Source: Spirochaetota bacterium (lineage in GTDB: Bacteria > Spirochaetota > UBA4802 > UBA5550). Taken from it: a stretch of DNA of 64,000 nt. Positions within the stretch are counted from its first letter, which is position 1, and every line of letters begins with the position of its first letter. The notes below the pieces were generated by a model. That model was not told the origin of the DNA and searched no databases. It saw nothing but the letters and a program-made list of their open reading frames with translations. The DNA lies in assembly GCA_035403545.1 (NCBI GenBank), contig DAONFJ010000011.1:135-64134 (forward strand), read 5' to 3'. This document shows, piece after piece, positions 35,091 to 45,471 of the stretch. Made by a program: the position numbers and the translations under genes.

Positions 35091-36275
35091 CTACGCGTCT
35101 TTAAAAATCACGGCAGCTTTTATACCGCCATTCATAAATGGAATTTTTCTATCATACCTGAGCCCGAGAATATTTTCCTTCTCATGGCCCGGAACTATAA
35201 TCGCATAACCGCAGCTGCTGAAATCCTTTCTGATCTTATTTCCGATTTCCCGGTAGATTGATTTATCTTCACTATCTTCGATTCTCCTGCCATACGGAGG
35301 ATTAAGGACTATCAGCGTTTTTTTATTTACCGCGATGTCACCGGATAATAAAAAGAAATCCGACACCTCCGGTTTTATAATTTTACTGAACTCTACAGGG
35401 ATGTTTGATTCTGTTATTTTCACCGCTTCAGGATCAATGTCTGATGTTATTATTTTCTGTCCGATTTTTTCTGCGGGAATGACCTCACTGATCGCGGTAT
35501 TTTTTATAAATCTGAATGTACTCTCTCTGAAACATGGCCAGTGCATGAACGGAAATTCCCTTCCGCCGGCGGGCGGAGTTTTTGAAAGCATTGAGGCTGC
35601 TTCAATGCTGAATGTTCCGGAGCCGCACATCGGATCAAGTATCTGGTTATAGTTACCGATTCCTGCTTCAAGGAGCATCAGTGCGGCAGTGGTCTCTCTA
35701 AGCGGTGCCCTGCTCATATTTTTACCAGATCCTCTTTTATATAGAAATTCTCCCGATGCATCAAGGCTTACTGTACAGAGGTCCCGGATGTTTCTTAAAA
35801 AAATTGTCTGGGAATATGAGGGTTCATTATTCCGCACACCATGACCAGCCAGTCTTTCATTAATCCCTGAATTCAGTATATCTTCAAGTTTTCCCGTATG
35901 GTAGATCATAGATTTTTCCGTACTGGTTCTGTATTTTATTCCGGTCGCCGGTGAAATGTAAAGTTCCCATGGAAAAGACCTGACGAGCCTCTCCAACTCG
36001 AAATAATTTACCGATCTGAACGCGGCAATGCGCATCATAATGCGTCCTGCCGTGCGGGAGAGAAGTGACGCAGTATAGCATGAATCAAGCTTACCGGTAA
36101 ACTCCACGCCTCCTTCAATAAAATTATCTTTTAAAGACAGGCCCATACCTGCAAGTTCTGACCCGGCTCTCTTTTCAAATCCGGGCTGGACAACGGCAAA
36201 AAAATCATGCTCGCGGCCTATCACATGATTTTTTACTCTCCGTTTAAGCGCACTATTATCTATTTTATCAAACAT
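35091..36275 (-). CDS. THUMP-domain SAM-dependent RNA methyltransferase (RlmL/UPF0020-like)
   Basis: SAM motif I DPMCGSGTFSIEAA and catalytic NPPYG. The N-terminal half has the size expected of a THUMP domain. Confidence 0.75.
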   Translation of the reverse strand: MFDKIDNSALKRRVKNHVIGREHDFFAVVQPGFEKRAGSELAGMGLSLKDNFIEGGVEFTGKLDSCYTASLLSRTAGRIMMRIAAFRSVNYFELERLVRSFPWELYISPATGIKYRTSTEKSMIYHTGKLEDILNSGINERLAGHGVRNNEPSYSQTIFLRNIRDLCTVSLDASGEFLYKRGSGKNMSRAPLRETTAALMLLEAGIGNYNQILDPMCGSGTFSIEAASMLSKTPPAGGREFPFMHWPCFRESTFRFIKNTAISEVIPAEKIGQKIITSDIDPEAVKITESNIPVEFSKIIKPEVSDFFLLSGDIAVNKKTLIVLNPPYGRRIEDSEDKSIYREIGNKIRKDFSSCGYAIIVPGHEKENILGLRYDRKIPFMNGGIKAAVIFKDA

Positions 36276-36281
36276 TCTGTT

Positions 36282-37421
36282 TTATTTCCTTGTAAGAAAA
36301 GTAAGTGTCTCAACATGAGGTGTCTGCGGGAACATATCATATGCCTGAAGAAAATCCACATTATAGCCCTCCAGCATTTTAAGGTCATCCCGGCATGTTA
36401 CAGGATTGCACGACATATACACTATCCGTTCAGGAGCCATGCCGTTTATATGCTTAAGCATCTTCGGATTCATTCCGCTTCTCGGAGGATCAAGTATCAG
36501 TGTCTCAAATTTCCCGGAGTTCTCCCTTACATATTCCCCGGCATCAGCGCAGATAAAGCTGACATTCTCTATCTCGTTATTCTCCCTGTTTCTTTCTGCA
36601 ACATCGACAGCTTCCTGAATTACTTCAACTCCGGTAACGCTCTCGGCAGCTGATGCGGCAAAAAGCGATATGCTCCCCACGCCGGAGTAAAGATCAAGAG
36701 TTCTCCCCCGTGTCAGAGAAAGTATTTTCCTGTACATCTGCAGGGCCATTTCAGAATTAGACTGAAAGAAGGAATTCGGTGTTATCATAAAATCTATGCC
36801 GTCAAAAGATTCAGTAATAAAACCTTTTTTGAGCGTCTGAAAAATATCCCCGTAATTCAGGTCACCAAGCCCTTCACTTAATATAAGGGAGGAAGAATCA
36901 ACCTCCTCCATAAAATCATAAAGTGTAAAACCGAATCTGTTCTCAGGTTTTGAAACTACAAAGTTCACCATAACTTCGCCGGTAAACCGCGCCTGGCGGA
37001 GTACTATATATCTTAAATATCCCTCATGCCTCAGATAATCATAATCTTCAATTTTTTCCACAAGCGATCTTACAGTCCCGTACATCTCGTTCGACCTGTT
37101 CTGCATTATCTCACAGGTTTCGATATCAACGACATGCCTGAAACTCCCCGCCCTGCGGAGCCCCTTCTTCCCGAACGCCGTTACCATATCCATTCTGCTT
37201 CTATAACCGTAGGGAGTTGAAGGCGCAACTGATTCTATAGAAAAAATTCCTTCAAATATTGAATTTACATATTCTTTCTTTAATAAAAGCTGATTTTCAT
37301 ACGGTATATTCTGAAACATACATCCGCCGCACTCGCCGAAATATTTACACCGGGGTTCACAGCCCTCGCCCTTATACTTTTCAATCAGTTCGGCAAACAT
37401 TTTCTTTTTCTTTTTTTTCAT
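36282..37421 (-). CDS. TrmA/RlmD-family RNA (uracil-5)-methyltransferase with an Fe-S cluster
   Basis: Cys cluster CKYFGECGGC, SAM motif DLYSGVGSISL, and DPPRSG and YMSCNP (catalytic Cys). Confidence 0.8.
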   Translation of the reverse strand: MKKKKKKMFAELIEKYKGEGCEPRCKYFGECGGCMFQNIPYENQLLLKKEYVNSIFEGIFSIESVAPSTPYGYRSRMDMVTAFGKKGLRRAGSFRHVVDIETCEIMQNRSNEMYGTVRSLVEKIEDYDYLRHEGYLRYIVLRQARFTGEVMVNFVVSKPENRFGFTLYDFMEEVDSSSLILSEGLGDLNYGDIFQTLKKGFITESFDGIDFMITPNSFFQSNSEMALQMYRKILSLTRGRTLDLYSGVGSISLFAASAAESVTGVEVIQEAVDVAERNRENNEIENVSFICADAGEYVRENSGKFETLILDPPRSGMNPKMLKHINGMAPERIVYMSCNPVTCRDDLKMLEGYNVDFLQAYDMFPQTPHVETLTFLTRK

Positions 37422-37664
37422 TCTGCGTCCTTATATATGCAATTTATACTTCATCTTCTTCGTAAAACAGCTTCACAATTTTAAAACTGCCAGCTCAATC
37501 CCTACAAAGATACTCTTATTGTAAAGTCAATTTTTCCGGCTTTATTGCTGTACCAGGCATACAAGCCATCCGGATAAAAGGCTGCAGTTCCCTGTACTCA
37601 GGGAGGAGTTCCATATACCATAAATTATCTCCGCCTCAACTAAAAATTCAAATTCAAATTTCTC

Positions 37665-37693
37665 TTGCCATTAAATTATGCATAAGGTAAAAT
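37665..37693 (+). promoter_or_regulatory. Sigma-70-type promoter candidate for the nitrilase-family gene
   Basis: TTGCCA (37665-37670), 17 nt, TAAAAT (37688-37693), about 30 nt upstream of the GTG start at 37725. Confidence 0.5.
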
Positions 37694-37724
37694 AAATCAA
37701 TCATTCAATCCGGAGAGATGAACC

Positions 37725-38501
37725 GTGAACAATCTCAAAATAACAATAGTTCAATCTGAGATTATCTGGCACAATGCAGAAAAAAATCTCATTCACATAG
37801 AAACTTTAATTAAAAAGAATAATTCTGAATCAGATTTAATTGTACTGCCTGAAATGTTCAATACCGGATTCACGATGGCGCCATCTGAAGTGAGTGAAGA
37901 TATGAATGGCTCCACTGTAATTTTTCTCCGCAGATTAGCGCGGGAGTTTAATGCTGATATTGCCGGAAGTATTCCCGTTAAAGAAAATGGAGTTTTCTAC
38001 AACAGACTTGTCTGGGTAAAGCCGGATGGTGAACTGTTTACTTACGACAAACGTCATCTCTTCCGTATGGGAGGAGAAGAAAAAGTTTATTCACCGGGAA
38101 ACTCGAATATTACCGTAAATCTTAACGGCTGGAAAATACGCCCTTTTATCTGTTACGATCTCCGGTTTCCGGTATGGACCCGTAACTGCGGGCTGGAGTA
38201 CGACCTGGCAATCTTTTCCGCAAACTGGCCTGCGTCAAGAGACTTTCACTGGGAGACACTCCTCCGCGCACGTGCAATTGAAAACCAGTGTTATGTAGCG
38301 GGAGTAAACCGTACGGGTCATGACGGCAACAGTATTACCTATAACGGAAAATCTACTGTGATAGATTATTACGGAAATATTATATACACCGCAGGCGGGA
38401 ATGAATGTGTAAATACAGTTGAGCTCTCTTACTCTGATCTTTTATCTTACAGAAAAAAATTTCCTGCATGGGAGGATAGTGACGGATTTAACTTTTCATG
38501 A
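37725..38501 (+). CDS. Carbon-nitrogen hydrolase (nitrilase superfamily, omega-amidase YafV-like)
   Basis: Catalytic E (LPEMFNTGF), K (DKRHLF) and C (FICYDLRFP). GTG start with a GGAGAG RBS. Confidence 0.8.
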   Translation: MNNLKITIVQSEIIWHNAEKNLIHIETLIKKNNSESDLIVLPEMFNTGFTMAPSEVSEDMNGSTVIFLRRLAREFNADIAGSIPVKENGVFYNRLVWVKPDGELFTYDKRHLFRMGGEEKVYSPGNSNITVNLNGWKIRPFICYDLRFPVWTRNCGLEYDLAIFSANWPASRDFHWETLLRARAIENQCYVAGVNRTGHDGNSITYNGKSTVIDYYGNIIYTAGGNECVNTVELSYSDLLSYRKKFPAWEDSDGFNFS

Positions 38502-40754
38502 ATCACTGTGCAGAGTTGCACTGATTATACTTTCAAGTTCCGCTATTGAAACAGGCTTCATTAAAATTTTTACAAAATTTTTCATCCCAATGCCTGTATC
38601 ATCAAACCCCGACAAGTAACCTGATATAAGCACTATAGGCAAACCGGGATACATCGAAATAATTTTACTGCTAAGTTCATGTCCGCTCATACCGGGCATT
38701 ACCTGGTCAGTTATGACAAGCTTTATTTTATCTCCTGATTCCTCCAGTATTTTCAGCGCCGAATGTCCGCTTGCCGCCTCGTAAATCTGATGTCCCATTC
38801 TCTTAAGCCCTGAAACAATAGTTTTTCTTACAAGTGAATCATCATCAACCACCAGAATATGGACATTTTTACCATCCGAAGGGGGAACAGGTTTCCTTTT
38901 TTCCACAACAGCGGGAAGATGAATGACAAACGTTGTTCCCTTTCCCTGTTCACTTTCGACTCCGATAGAACCTCCATTTTTAATGACAAAAGCATGCACA
39001 ACCGCGAGTCCCAGCCCGGTCCCCGAGCCTACTGGTTTAGTTGAAAAAAACGGTTCAAAAATCCGTTCTCGGATTTCCGGAGGGATACCGTTTCCTGTAT
39101 CTGAAATTTCAATTTTCAGATACCTTCCGTCCGGAAGAGAGGCCGCTTCCATCCTGCAATCAGTTTCAGGAAGAACAATTTCGCTGATTGTTATATCAAG
39201 GTTACCCTTGTTTTTACCTGCCATTGCATGCGCCGAATTTGTAACAAGATTGATTATCACCTGTTGAAACTGGGCTATATCGGCATAAATAAGATCATCC
39301 GAAATTTTGTTATATAGATTTATAGTGATGTAATCCGGAAGGTTAGCTTTGATAAGGCTCAGCATTTCACTGACTGCATTGCCGACGCTGAAATAAATCT
39401 TTGACGCGGAATACCCTTTGTTTATGGTCATCATACGTCTTACAAGAGCGCTGGCATTCTGGCCCGCTTTTTCAATGCTCTCCACATGCTCCAGAACCGG
39501 ATGATCCGGCGGAAGGTCAACACGGAGCAACTCGGCAGAACCGAGAATAATAACCAGCATGTTATTAAAATCATGCGCTATCCCTCCAGCCATTGTTCCC
39601 ATTGCTTCCATCTTTTTCGCCTGAAGCATGTACTCCTGCATAAGCTCCTTTTCCCGCTCAGCCTGGTCGTGCCTTGTCTTTTCGTCTTCCAGCGAATCGA
39701 GCATCAGGTTAATTCCACCTGCCAGTTCATCAAGCTCATCTTTCTCATGCATATCAAGCCGTCTTGACAGATCCAGTGTTTCACCGACCTCCTTTACCCC
39801 TTTCAGCATTTTTTCAAGCCTGAAAATAACCAGTTTCTTCAACAAAAACTGATTAAGAAACCCGGCAACCAGTACAATAAACGCGAGCAGAATGTAAAAA
39901 ATGAAACGCGCCTTCCTCCCCTCGCGGTCTATTTTTCGATCAAGCGATACTACTCCGGCAATCACCTCTTTTTTATTTATATCACGAAAAGGGATAAACA
40001 GCTGAATTATATCAGTTCCGTTTTTCTTGAAGAAATAATCATCCGCGCTTTTATAAGTGAAAGATTTTTTATCGCTCTCTGACAGCATTTCTTCAATTGA
40101 AAATTTTAATCCGGAAATATCCGAAATTCGGTCAAGCAAAACCTGGTTAAACATTCTCAGGTGGATAAAGCATCCGGCCGGATTTCCCAGTCCTGAATCC
40201 ATGAGGATCTGGTGGCATGAAACAAAAAAGACATTTCCTTTAAATTTTATTAAGCTTGATAAAGCTTTATTATCTCCCCCCGCAACCTCTTCTGAAAGGC
40301 TACCCAATAAAAAATCCCACTCCGGATCAGCTTTTTCAATATTAGTCTGATCTGATGATAATGTAAAGCCGGAGATTCTCTTTCCTTCCGGTGAATAAAT
40401 AAAAGCACCGTAAATCTGCAGATTTTTAAAAACATCAGCGCTGAAATTTGATTTTATATAAGACTGAACTGGATGCTGCGTAAAATTAAATGTATCACTC
40501 CATACTGCATAGTCGTAAGTTATACGCTTTATCCCGTCTGCTTCAAATGCTATCAGGCTCTGTATCCGGCGGGCATTCTCATCTATCCAGTTATTTTCAA
40601 GAACTTTAAAACTTCTTCGGATCAGAAAATCTATACCTACACCACCCAGTATTACGAGACACAGGAGTACAGAAGCGGTGATGAGAATAGCCTTCCCCCT
40701 GAGAGAGAACCGGCTTATCCGGTTACCGGCATCGCGAAATATAGAAAATATCAT
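38496..40754 (-). CDS. Hybrid sensor histidine kinase/response regulator with a CHASE4-like periplasmic domain
   Basis: TM, then a sensor domain containing DYAVWSDTFNF (CHASE4-like), TM and HAMP. H-box GGIAHDFNNML, HATPase motifs (NLVTNSAHA, DTGNGI, GTGLGLAV) and a receiver (ILVVDDD, LVITDQVMPGMSG, KP). Confidence 0.85.
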   Translation of the reverse strand: MIFSIFRDAGNRISRFSLRGKAILITASVLLCLVILGGVGIDFLIRRSFKVLENNWIDENARRIQSLIAFEADGIKRITYDYAVWSDTFNFTQHPVQSYIKSNFSADVFKNLQIYGAFIYSPEGKRISGFTLSSDQTNIEKADPEWDFLLGSLSEEVAGGDNKALSSLIKFKGNVFFVSCHQILMDSGLGNPAGCFIHLRMFNQVLLDRISDISGLKFSIEEMLSESDKKSFTYKSADDYFFKKNGTDIIQLFIPFRDINKKEVIAGVVSLDRKIDREGRKARFIFYILLAFIVLVAGFLNQFLLKKLVIFRLEKMLKGVKEVGETLDLSRRLDMHEKDELDELAGGINLMLDSLEDEKTRHDQAEREKELMQEYMLQAKKMEAMGTMAGGIAHDFNNMLVIILGSAELLRVDLPPDHPVLEHVESIEKAGQNASALVRRMMTINKGYSASKIYFSVGNAVSEMLSLIKANLPDYITINLYNKISDDLIYADIAQFQQVIINLVTNSAHAMAGKNKGNLDITISEIVLPETDCRMEAASLPDGRYLKIEISDTGNGIPPEIRERIFEPFFSTKPVGSGTGLGLAVVHAFVIKNGGSIGVESEQGKGTTFVIHLPAVVEKRKPVPPSDGKNVHILVVDDDSLVRKTIVSGLKRMGHQIYEAASGHSALKILEESGDKIKLVITDQVMPGMSGHELSSKIISMYPGLPIVLISGYLSGFDDTGIGMKNFVKILMKPVSIAELESIISATLHSDS

Positions 40755-40922
40755 AATTTAAATTAATTACCTTACTACTTAGATTAAGTATAATTCACCT
40801 TGCAGTCAAGTTTTAATGCCGGATTTTTTTGTTGCCTGAAAACCGGCAGTAATAATACTCTGTAACAAAACAGGAGAATACCCTGAAAATTTATAACAAC
40901 TAACGGCAGAATTTAAAAAACC

Positions 40923-42743
40923 ATGCGTAAAATAGAACTCCTGGCGCCGGCCAGAAACCTTGAAACAGGAATCGCCGCAATAAACTTCGGCGCTGATGCC
41001 GTATATATAGGCCCGCAGAAATTCAGTGCGCGCGCTGCGGCCGCAAACTCACTTGATGATATTGAAAAACTCATTAACCACGCCCGCATATACAAAGCAA
41101 AAGTTTATGCGACTGTAAACACAATACTCTTTGACAATGAACTTGACGAGGCCGGAAATCTTATAACAGATCTTTATAACCGCGGAATAGACGCCGTGAT
41201 AATACAGGATATGGGGATCCTTGAAATGAACCTTCCCCCTGTAAATCTCCACGCGAGTACACAGACAGACAACTTTGACATAGAGAGAATAAAGTTTCTC
41301 GACAGGACCGGTTTCCCGCGCATAGTTCTCGCCCGCGAACTTACACTCCGGCAGATAGAAGAGATAAAAAAAAATACCCGGTGCGAACTGGAGTTTTTCA
41401 TACATGGAGCGTTATGCGTCAGTCTTAGCGGCAGGTGCTACATGAGTGCAGCCATGGGGGGCAGGAGTGCAAACCGCGGTGAATGCGCACAGCCATGCAG
41501 GAAAAGTTATACTCTGACAGATGCAGAGGGAGAGATTATTTCGAAAAACAGGTATCCCCTGTCACTCAGGGACATGAACCAGACTGAAAATCTGAAAGAT
41601 CTTATTGATGCCGGCATTGACTCCTTCAAAATTGAGGGGAGGCTGAAAGACGTCGATTATGTTAAAAATATAACAGCTCACTACCGTAAGGCGCTAGACA
41701 ATATTCTTGAAGAAAGAAGTGACATATCTAAAACATCTTCAGGAAAAGTTTATTTTGATTTCACTCCCGATCCGGAAAAAACTTTCAACCGCGGATATAC
41801 TGAGTATTTCATGCATGACAGGACAGGAATTATAACTTCACCTCACACTCCGAAGTCACTGGGAAAAGAGATAGGGAAAGTCAGTGAAACAGGAAGTAAC
41901 TGGTTTAAACTAAATACTGATGAAAAAATAAGTAACGGCGACGGACTTGCATTCTTTGACAGAGAAAAAAATATAACTGGAGTAAAAGTAAACCGGGAGG
42001 ACAGCGGTAAAATCTTCCCCCTGGCAATGAATGGAATTTATAAGGATGCTGTAGTTTACCGTAACCACGATGTAGTGTTCGACAAAACTCTCTCGTCAAG
42101 CCGGAGTGAACGTAAAATAAAAGTTGCCATGGAACTCTCTGAGACAAAAAACGGATTTAGACTCACTGTTACAGACGAGGATAACTATTCCGCTTCAGCA
42201 GAAATTGATGCGTCTAAAGAAATTTCCCGGAAAGATAAAACCGGTAATGATAGTTTAACTAAACATCTGGCAAAACTCGGCGGAACAGTATTTACATCAT
42301 CCGGAATTAAAATTTCACTGGCAGAAAACTATTTTATACCGGTAAGTATCCTTAATGAACTGAGACGTAAAGCTGCTGAAAAACTCCTTGAAACAAGAAT
42401 TTCAAGTTATAAAATAATTCCCCGTAAAATTTCTAAAACAGAAATTCCATACCCGTATAAAGAAATAGACTACCGTCATAATGTCAGCAACCATCTTGCA
42501 GAAAAATTCTACAGAAGACACGGCGTGGGTGTAATAGAAAAATCTTTCGAAACCTCAGACAGCCGTATAACAGGGCCATTGATGACAACTAAACTCTGCC
42601 TTAAACATGAGAATAATCTCTGCCCTAAACAGAATAGTAAAAACAGAAAGTTCCGGGAACCGTATTATCTGATAGACGGAAACACTGAGTACAGAGTTGA
42701 ATTTGACTGCGTGAACTGCATGATGCGTATTTTCAAAAATTAA
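40923..42743 (+). CDS. U32-family peptidase-like protein (long form; family linked to RNA hydroxylation such as RlhA/TrhP)
   Basis: U32 signature ELEFFIHGALCVSLSGRCYMS and the conserved N-terminus ELLAPARNLETGIAAINFGADAVYIG. 606 aa with a long C-terminal extension. Confidence 0.8.
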   Translation: MRKIELLAPARNLETGIAAINFGADAVYIGPQKFSARAAAANSLDDIEKLINHARIYKAKVYATVNTILFDNELDEAGNLITDLYNRGIDAVIIQDMGILEMNLPPVNLHASTQTDNFDIERIKFLDRTGFPRIVLARELTLRQIEEIKKNTRCELEFFIHGALCVSLSGRCYMSAAMGGRSANRGECAQPCRKSYTLTDAEGEIISKNRYPLSLRDMNQTENLKDLIDAGIDSFKIEGRLKDVDYVKNITAHYRKALDNILEERSDISKTSSGKVYFDFTPDPEKTFNRGYTEYFMHDRTGIITSPHTPKSLGKEIGKVSETGSNWFKLNTDEKISNGDGLAFFDREKNITGVKVNREDSGKIFPLAMNGIYKDAVVYRNHDVVFDKTLSSSRSERKIKVAMELSETKNGFRLTVTDEDNYSASAEIDASKEISRKDKTGNDSLTKHLAKLGGTVFTSSGIKISLAENYFIPVSILNELRRKAAEKLLETRISSYKIIPRKISKTEIPYPYKEIDYRHNVSNHLAEKFYRRHGVGVIEKSFETSDSRITGPLMTTKLCLKHENNLCPKQNSKNRKFREPYYLIDGNTEYRVEFDCVNCMMRIFKN

Positions 42744-42747
42744 TCTT

Positions 42748-43365
42748 TCAGGATTTTTCCACAAAAATACCATAAGCGAAGGCATTCACAAATCTTTCAG
42801 TCAGCAGATCAATATCTATCGGATCTTTATCTTTTTTTGTGACACCATAATAATATGCCATCCTCGTAAGCGCGCCGCCGATAAGATTTGAAAGAAGTTC
42901 AAGATCAATATCAGGTTTAATTCTGTTCTGCCTGATTCCGGCCTTGAGGTAATCATTTGTAAGCTCAACCATCTGGAGATCAAAACGCCTTATTATTTTA
43001 TCAAAATTTTCGCCAAGGCCAAGGCCTATCTTCAGCAGAATGTTGCAGTAATCAGGATCATCGGCAAAAAACTCAAATGTATTTTTAATTTTAAATTTAA
43101 AAAATTTAATCCCGCTTTTATAATCTTCTGAATCTTTTTCAGGAATTTTAGCCAGAACATTCTTCCACTCGATAAAAAGGTCTTCAATTATCGATGCGAA
43201 AATATCATCTTTATTTTTAAAATACTGGTAGATTGTACCACGCGCCACTCCGGCAGCCTTCTGGATATCAGATATCTGTGTCTGATAATATCCGTTAGAA
43301 GCAAAAAGTTTTTTGGCGCATTCAAGTATCTGTTTTTTTCTCTGCTCTGCATCCATTGATTTCAT
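42748..43365 (-). CDS. TetR/AcrR-family transcriptional regulator
   Basis: N-terminal HTH: KKQILECAKKLFASNGYYQTQISDIQKAAGVARGTIYQYFKNKDDIF. Confidence 0.85.
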   Translation of the reverse strand: MKSMDAEQRKKQILECAKKLFASNGYYQTQISDIQKAAGVARGTIYQYFKNKDDIFASIIEDLFIEWKNVLAKIPEKDSEDYKSGIKFFKFKIKNTFEFFADDPDYCNILLKIGLGLGENFDKIIRRFDLQMVELTNDYLKAGIRQNRIKPDIDLELLSNLIGGALTRMAYYYGVTKKDKDPIDIDLLTERFVNAFAYGIFVEKS

Positions 43366-43462
43366 TATCCTTAATTTTACTGCAGACTGGCTCTATACCG
43401 GCAAATATAGATAAATCGTGCTATAATTAAATCGTCAGCCGCTTTCCCGGATGGGAGAAATA

Positions 43463-43491
43463 TAATTAACCTGCTATTGTGATATTGTCAA
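43463..43491 (-). promoter_or_regulatory. Candidate tetR promoter overlapping tandem TATTGT(G/C)A repeats
   Basis: Minus strand reads TTGACA, 17 nt, TAATTA (a weak -10). On the + strand TATTGTGA|TATTGTCA (43475-43490) is a tandem 8-mer overlapping the -35 element. Confidence 0.3.
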
Positions 43492-43511
43492 TTTAATAAA
43501 TTTCAATTTAT

Positions 43512-45179
43512 TCATGAATGGGGATTAAAAAACAAAATATGTTTATCCGGAAGAAACAGCGCCATTTTATCCTTCATTTTGACATTCATAAACTCTTCAG
43601 TTTCCGGGCTGAAAAAAATTGAACGTCTCAGGTCATCTATTGAAAATGAAACGCCGGAATATTTCAGGGATTTTTTATCCGGGAGATTGGAAAAAAAGCG
43701 GTACCCTACTCTCTTTGCTTCAACTGTCGATTGAGATTTAAGAATTTCCGGAAAATGATGCTGTTTCATAACAGAACACCAGTCCCATCTCAGATAATCC
43801 GTAAGAAGCAGAACTGAATCAGGATGATCGGCCTCTGTCATGGCAAGCAGAATCCCGCACTGATACTCCCACTTCCTGTGCCCCGCATCAGGCTTTCTTG
43901 TAAAAAAATCAGCCATCCTGTTGTAAAAAGCAAAAGGCGCACCGTAAAGCGAGACCATAAAATTTTCCGTGCAGTAAAACTTTTCTGTGTTATGAAGAAG
44001 ATCAACAAGCTCGCTTACAAGTTTAAGTTTCTCCATCTCTATTGAAGTTATCCATCTGTTCTCTATAATTTCATAAGGGGGGAGAGGATTGTACCTCAGG
44101 CCATACTCTTCAGTCTTATTCCTCATCTCTGTCCCTGGAAGAACTTTTAAAAAGCCTCCCTGGAAATGCTCAGCTCCGAGAGAATGTACTTTGTTAAATG
44201 ATTCGGCATAACCGGAAAATCCTTCAAACGGCAGGCCGGCAATAAGATCCGTATGGAGATGGATGTTGCCCGTTTCTACAAGCCGCTTTATCTTTTTTTC
44301 CGCGTTGACCCATGACCCGGACCGGTTTATTTCTTTCAATGTATCGGCATTTGTGGATTGTATTCCCGTCTCAAACTGGAAAAGCCCTGACGGTACACCG
44401 GATAAAAACTTCATGTCATCGTCATCAAGCAGTTCGGGGAAAATTTCAAAATGAAAACAGGTTCCGCTCCCGCTGAATTTTTTCACAATGTACTCCCATA
44501 CAGGAAGGTAATGCTCTTTCTTTAAATTAAAAGTTCTATCAACAAATTTAACAAGAGGGAGATTGTATAAAGAAAAAAAATCGAGTTCATCTTTTACCTG
44601 ATCAATATTTCTAAACTCGACATTTTGGCCTTTCACAGAAGACAGGCAATATGAACAGTTAAAAGGGCATCCCCTGCTGCTCTCATAGTAGAGATACCTC
44701 CCTTTAAGATTTTTCATATCATCAGCAGTGTACGGAAACTTTATCTGACTGAAGTGGGGATTGCACCCTGGAATAATTTTATTATTTCTGTTCAGTCCGG
44801 AGAGGACAAGTTCCCTGAAAGCAGCTTCTCCTCCCCCTGTTATTATATAATCAATTTCGCTGAATCCGGCAGTCCACTCGCTGCTGTTGTAGCTTACTTC
44901 CGGCCCGCCGAGAACAATTTTAATTTCAGGGAGAGACGACTTTATGATTTTAAGAATTTTTTTTACATGAAATGAATTCCAGATATAAACTGAAACTGCA
45001 AGAAGATCGGGGCTGACGCGCTGAATTTCACCGGCAATCTTCTCAGGAGTCTCCCCCGTCGAAAATTCAATAACGGATACATGCACATCAATATCAGCTA
45101 TGCTGCTTTTAAGATATAGTAATGCCGGATTTGAATGGGAGTAACGTGCATTAATTCCAAGAAGAAGTATTCTATTCAT
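43512..45179 (-). CDS. B12-binding-domain radical SAM protein (DUF4080-type C-terminus, from memory)
   Basis: The N-terminus MNRILLLGINARYSHSNPALLYLK is typical of this group. Radical SAM motif SSRGCPFNCSYC. The track ORF extends to 45359, but that extension overlaps the upstream lipoprotein ORF and looks non-coding. ATG 45179 overlaps the upstream stop (ATGAATAG). Confidence 0.8.
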   Translation of the reverse strand: MNRILLLGINARYSHSNPALLYLKSSIADIDVHVSVIEFSTGETPEKIAGEIQRVSPDLLAVSVYIWNSFHVKKILKIIKSSLPEIKIVLGGPEVSYNSSEWTAGFSEIDYIITGGGEAAFRELVLSGLNRNNKIIPGCNPHFSQIKFPYTADDMKNLKGRYLYYESSRGCPFNCSYCLSSVKGQNVEFRNIDQVKDELDFFSLYNLPLVKFVDRTFNLKKEHYLPVWEYIVKKFSGSGTCFHFEIFPELLDDDDMKFLSGVPSGLFQFETGIQSTNADTLKEINRSGSWVNAEKKIKRLVETGNIHLHTDLIAGLPFEGFSGYAESFNKVHSLGAEHFQGGFLKVLPGTEMRNKTEEYGLRYNPLPPYEIIENRWITSIEMEKLKLVSELVDLLHNTEKFYCTENFMVSLYGAPFAFYNRMADFFTRKPDAGHRKWEYQCGILLAMTEADHPDSVLLLTDYLRWDWCSVMKQHHFPEILKSQSTVEAKRVGYRFFSNLPDKKSLKYSGVSFSIDDLRRSIFFSPETEEFMNVKMKDKMALFLPDKHILFFNPHS

Positions 45180-45471
45180 GAGGTGTGCTTTTATCTCCGC
45201 ACCTCTCCAAACAGGCTTCAGAATTTTTTTCACACTTGTCGGTGCATGCGTATGGAGCCTGAAATCCCGATTCACCAAAATCAAAAGAAAAACCGAAATT
45301 ATTAAATCCGCCGCATCCCTGAATACAGTCACGCCTTGAATACTCACACATCTCTTCACATTTTGTGTATTCGGGGTCTGTACTTTTGCAGGAGATAAAA
45401 AGAGGTAAAATTAAAATAGATAGATATAGAATCCCTCTAGCAGGAGGCGAGAGATTTAATTGCTTCTTCAT
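45172..45471 (-). CDS. Small Cys-rich lipoprotein with twin C-x3-C-x6-C-x3-C motifs
   Basis: Signal and lipobox MKKQLNLSPPARGILYLSILILPLFIS|C. The mature part has CEEMCEYSRRDCIQGC, the linker GGFNNFGFSFDFGESGF and CTDKCEKNSEACLERC. Start is ambiguous among in-frame ATGs at 45471-45504. Confidence 0.6.
   Translation of the reverse strand: MKKQLNLSPPARGILYLSILILPLFISCKSTDPEYTKCEEMCEYSRRDCIQGCGGFNNFGFSFDFGESGFQAPYACTDKCEKNSEACLERCGDKSTPHE

Noticed and set aside
36207-36653. 148-aa + strand ORF spanning the junction of the two methyltransferase genes
   Set aside because: It overlaps two motif-supported minus-strand genes and has no independent support.
45180-45359. 60-aa N-terminal extension of the radical SAM ORF
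   Set aside because: The family-typical N-terminus (MNRILLLGINARYSH..) starts at 45179. The extension overlaps the Cys-rich lipoprotein ORF in another frame.
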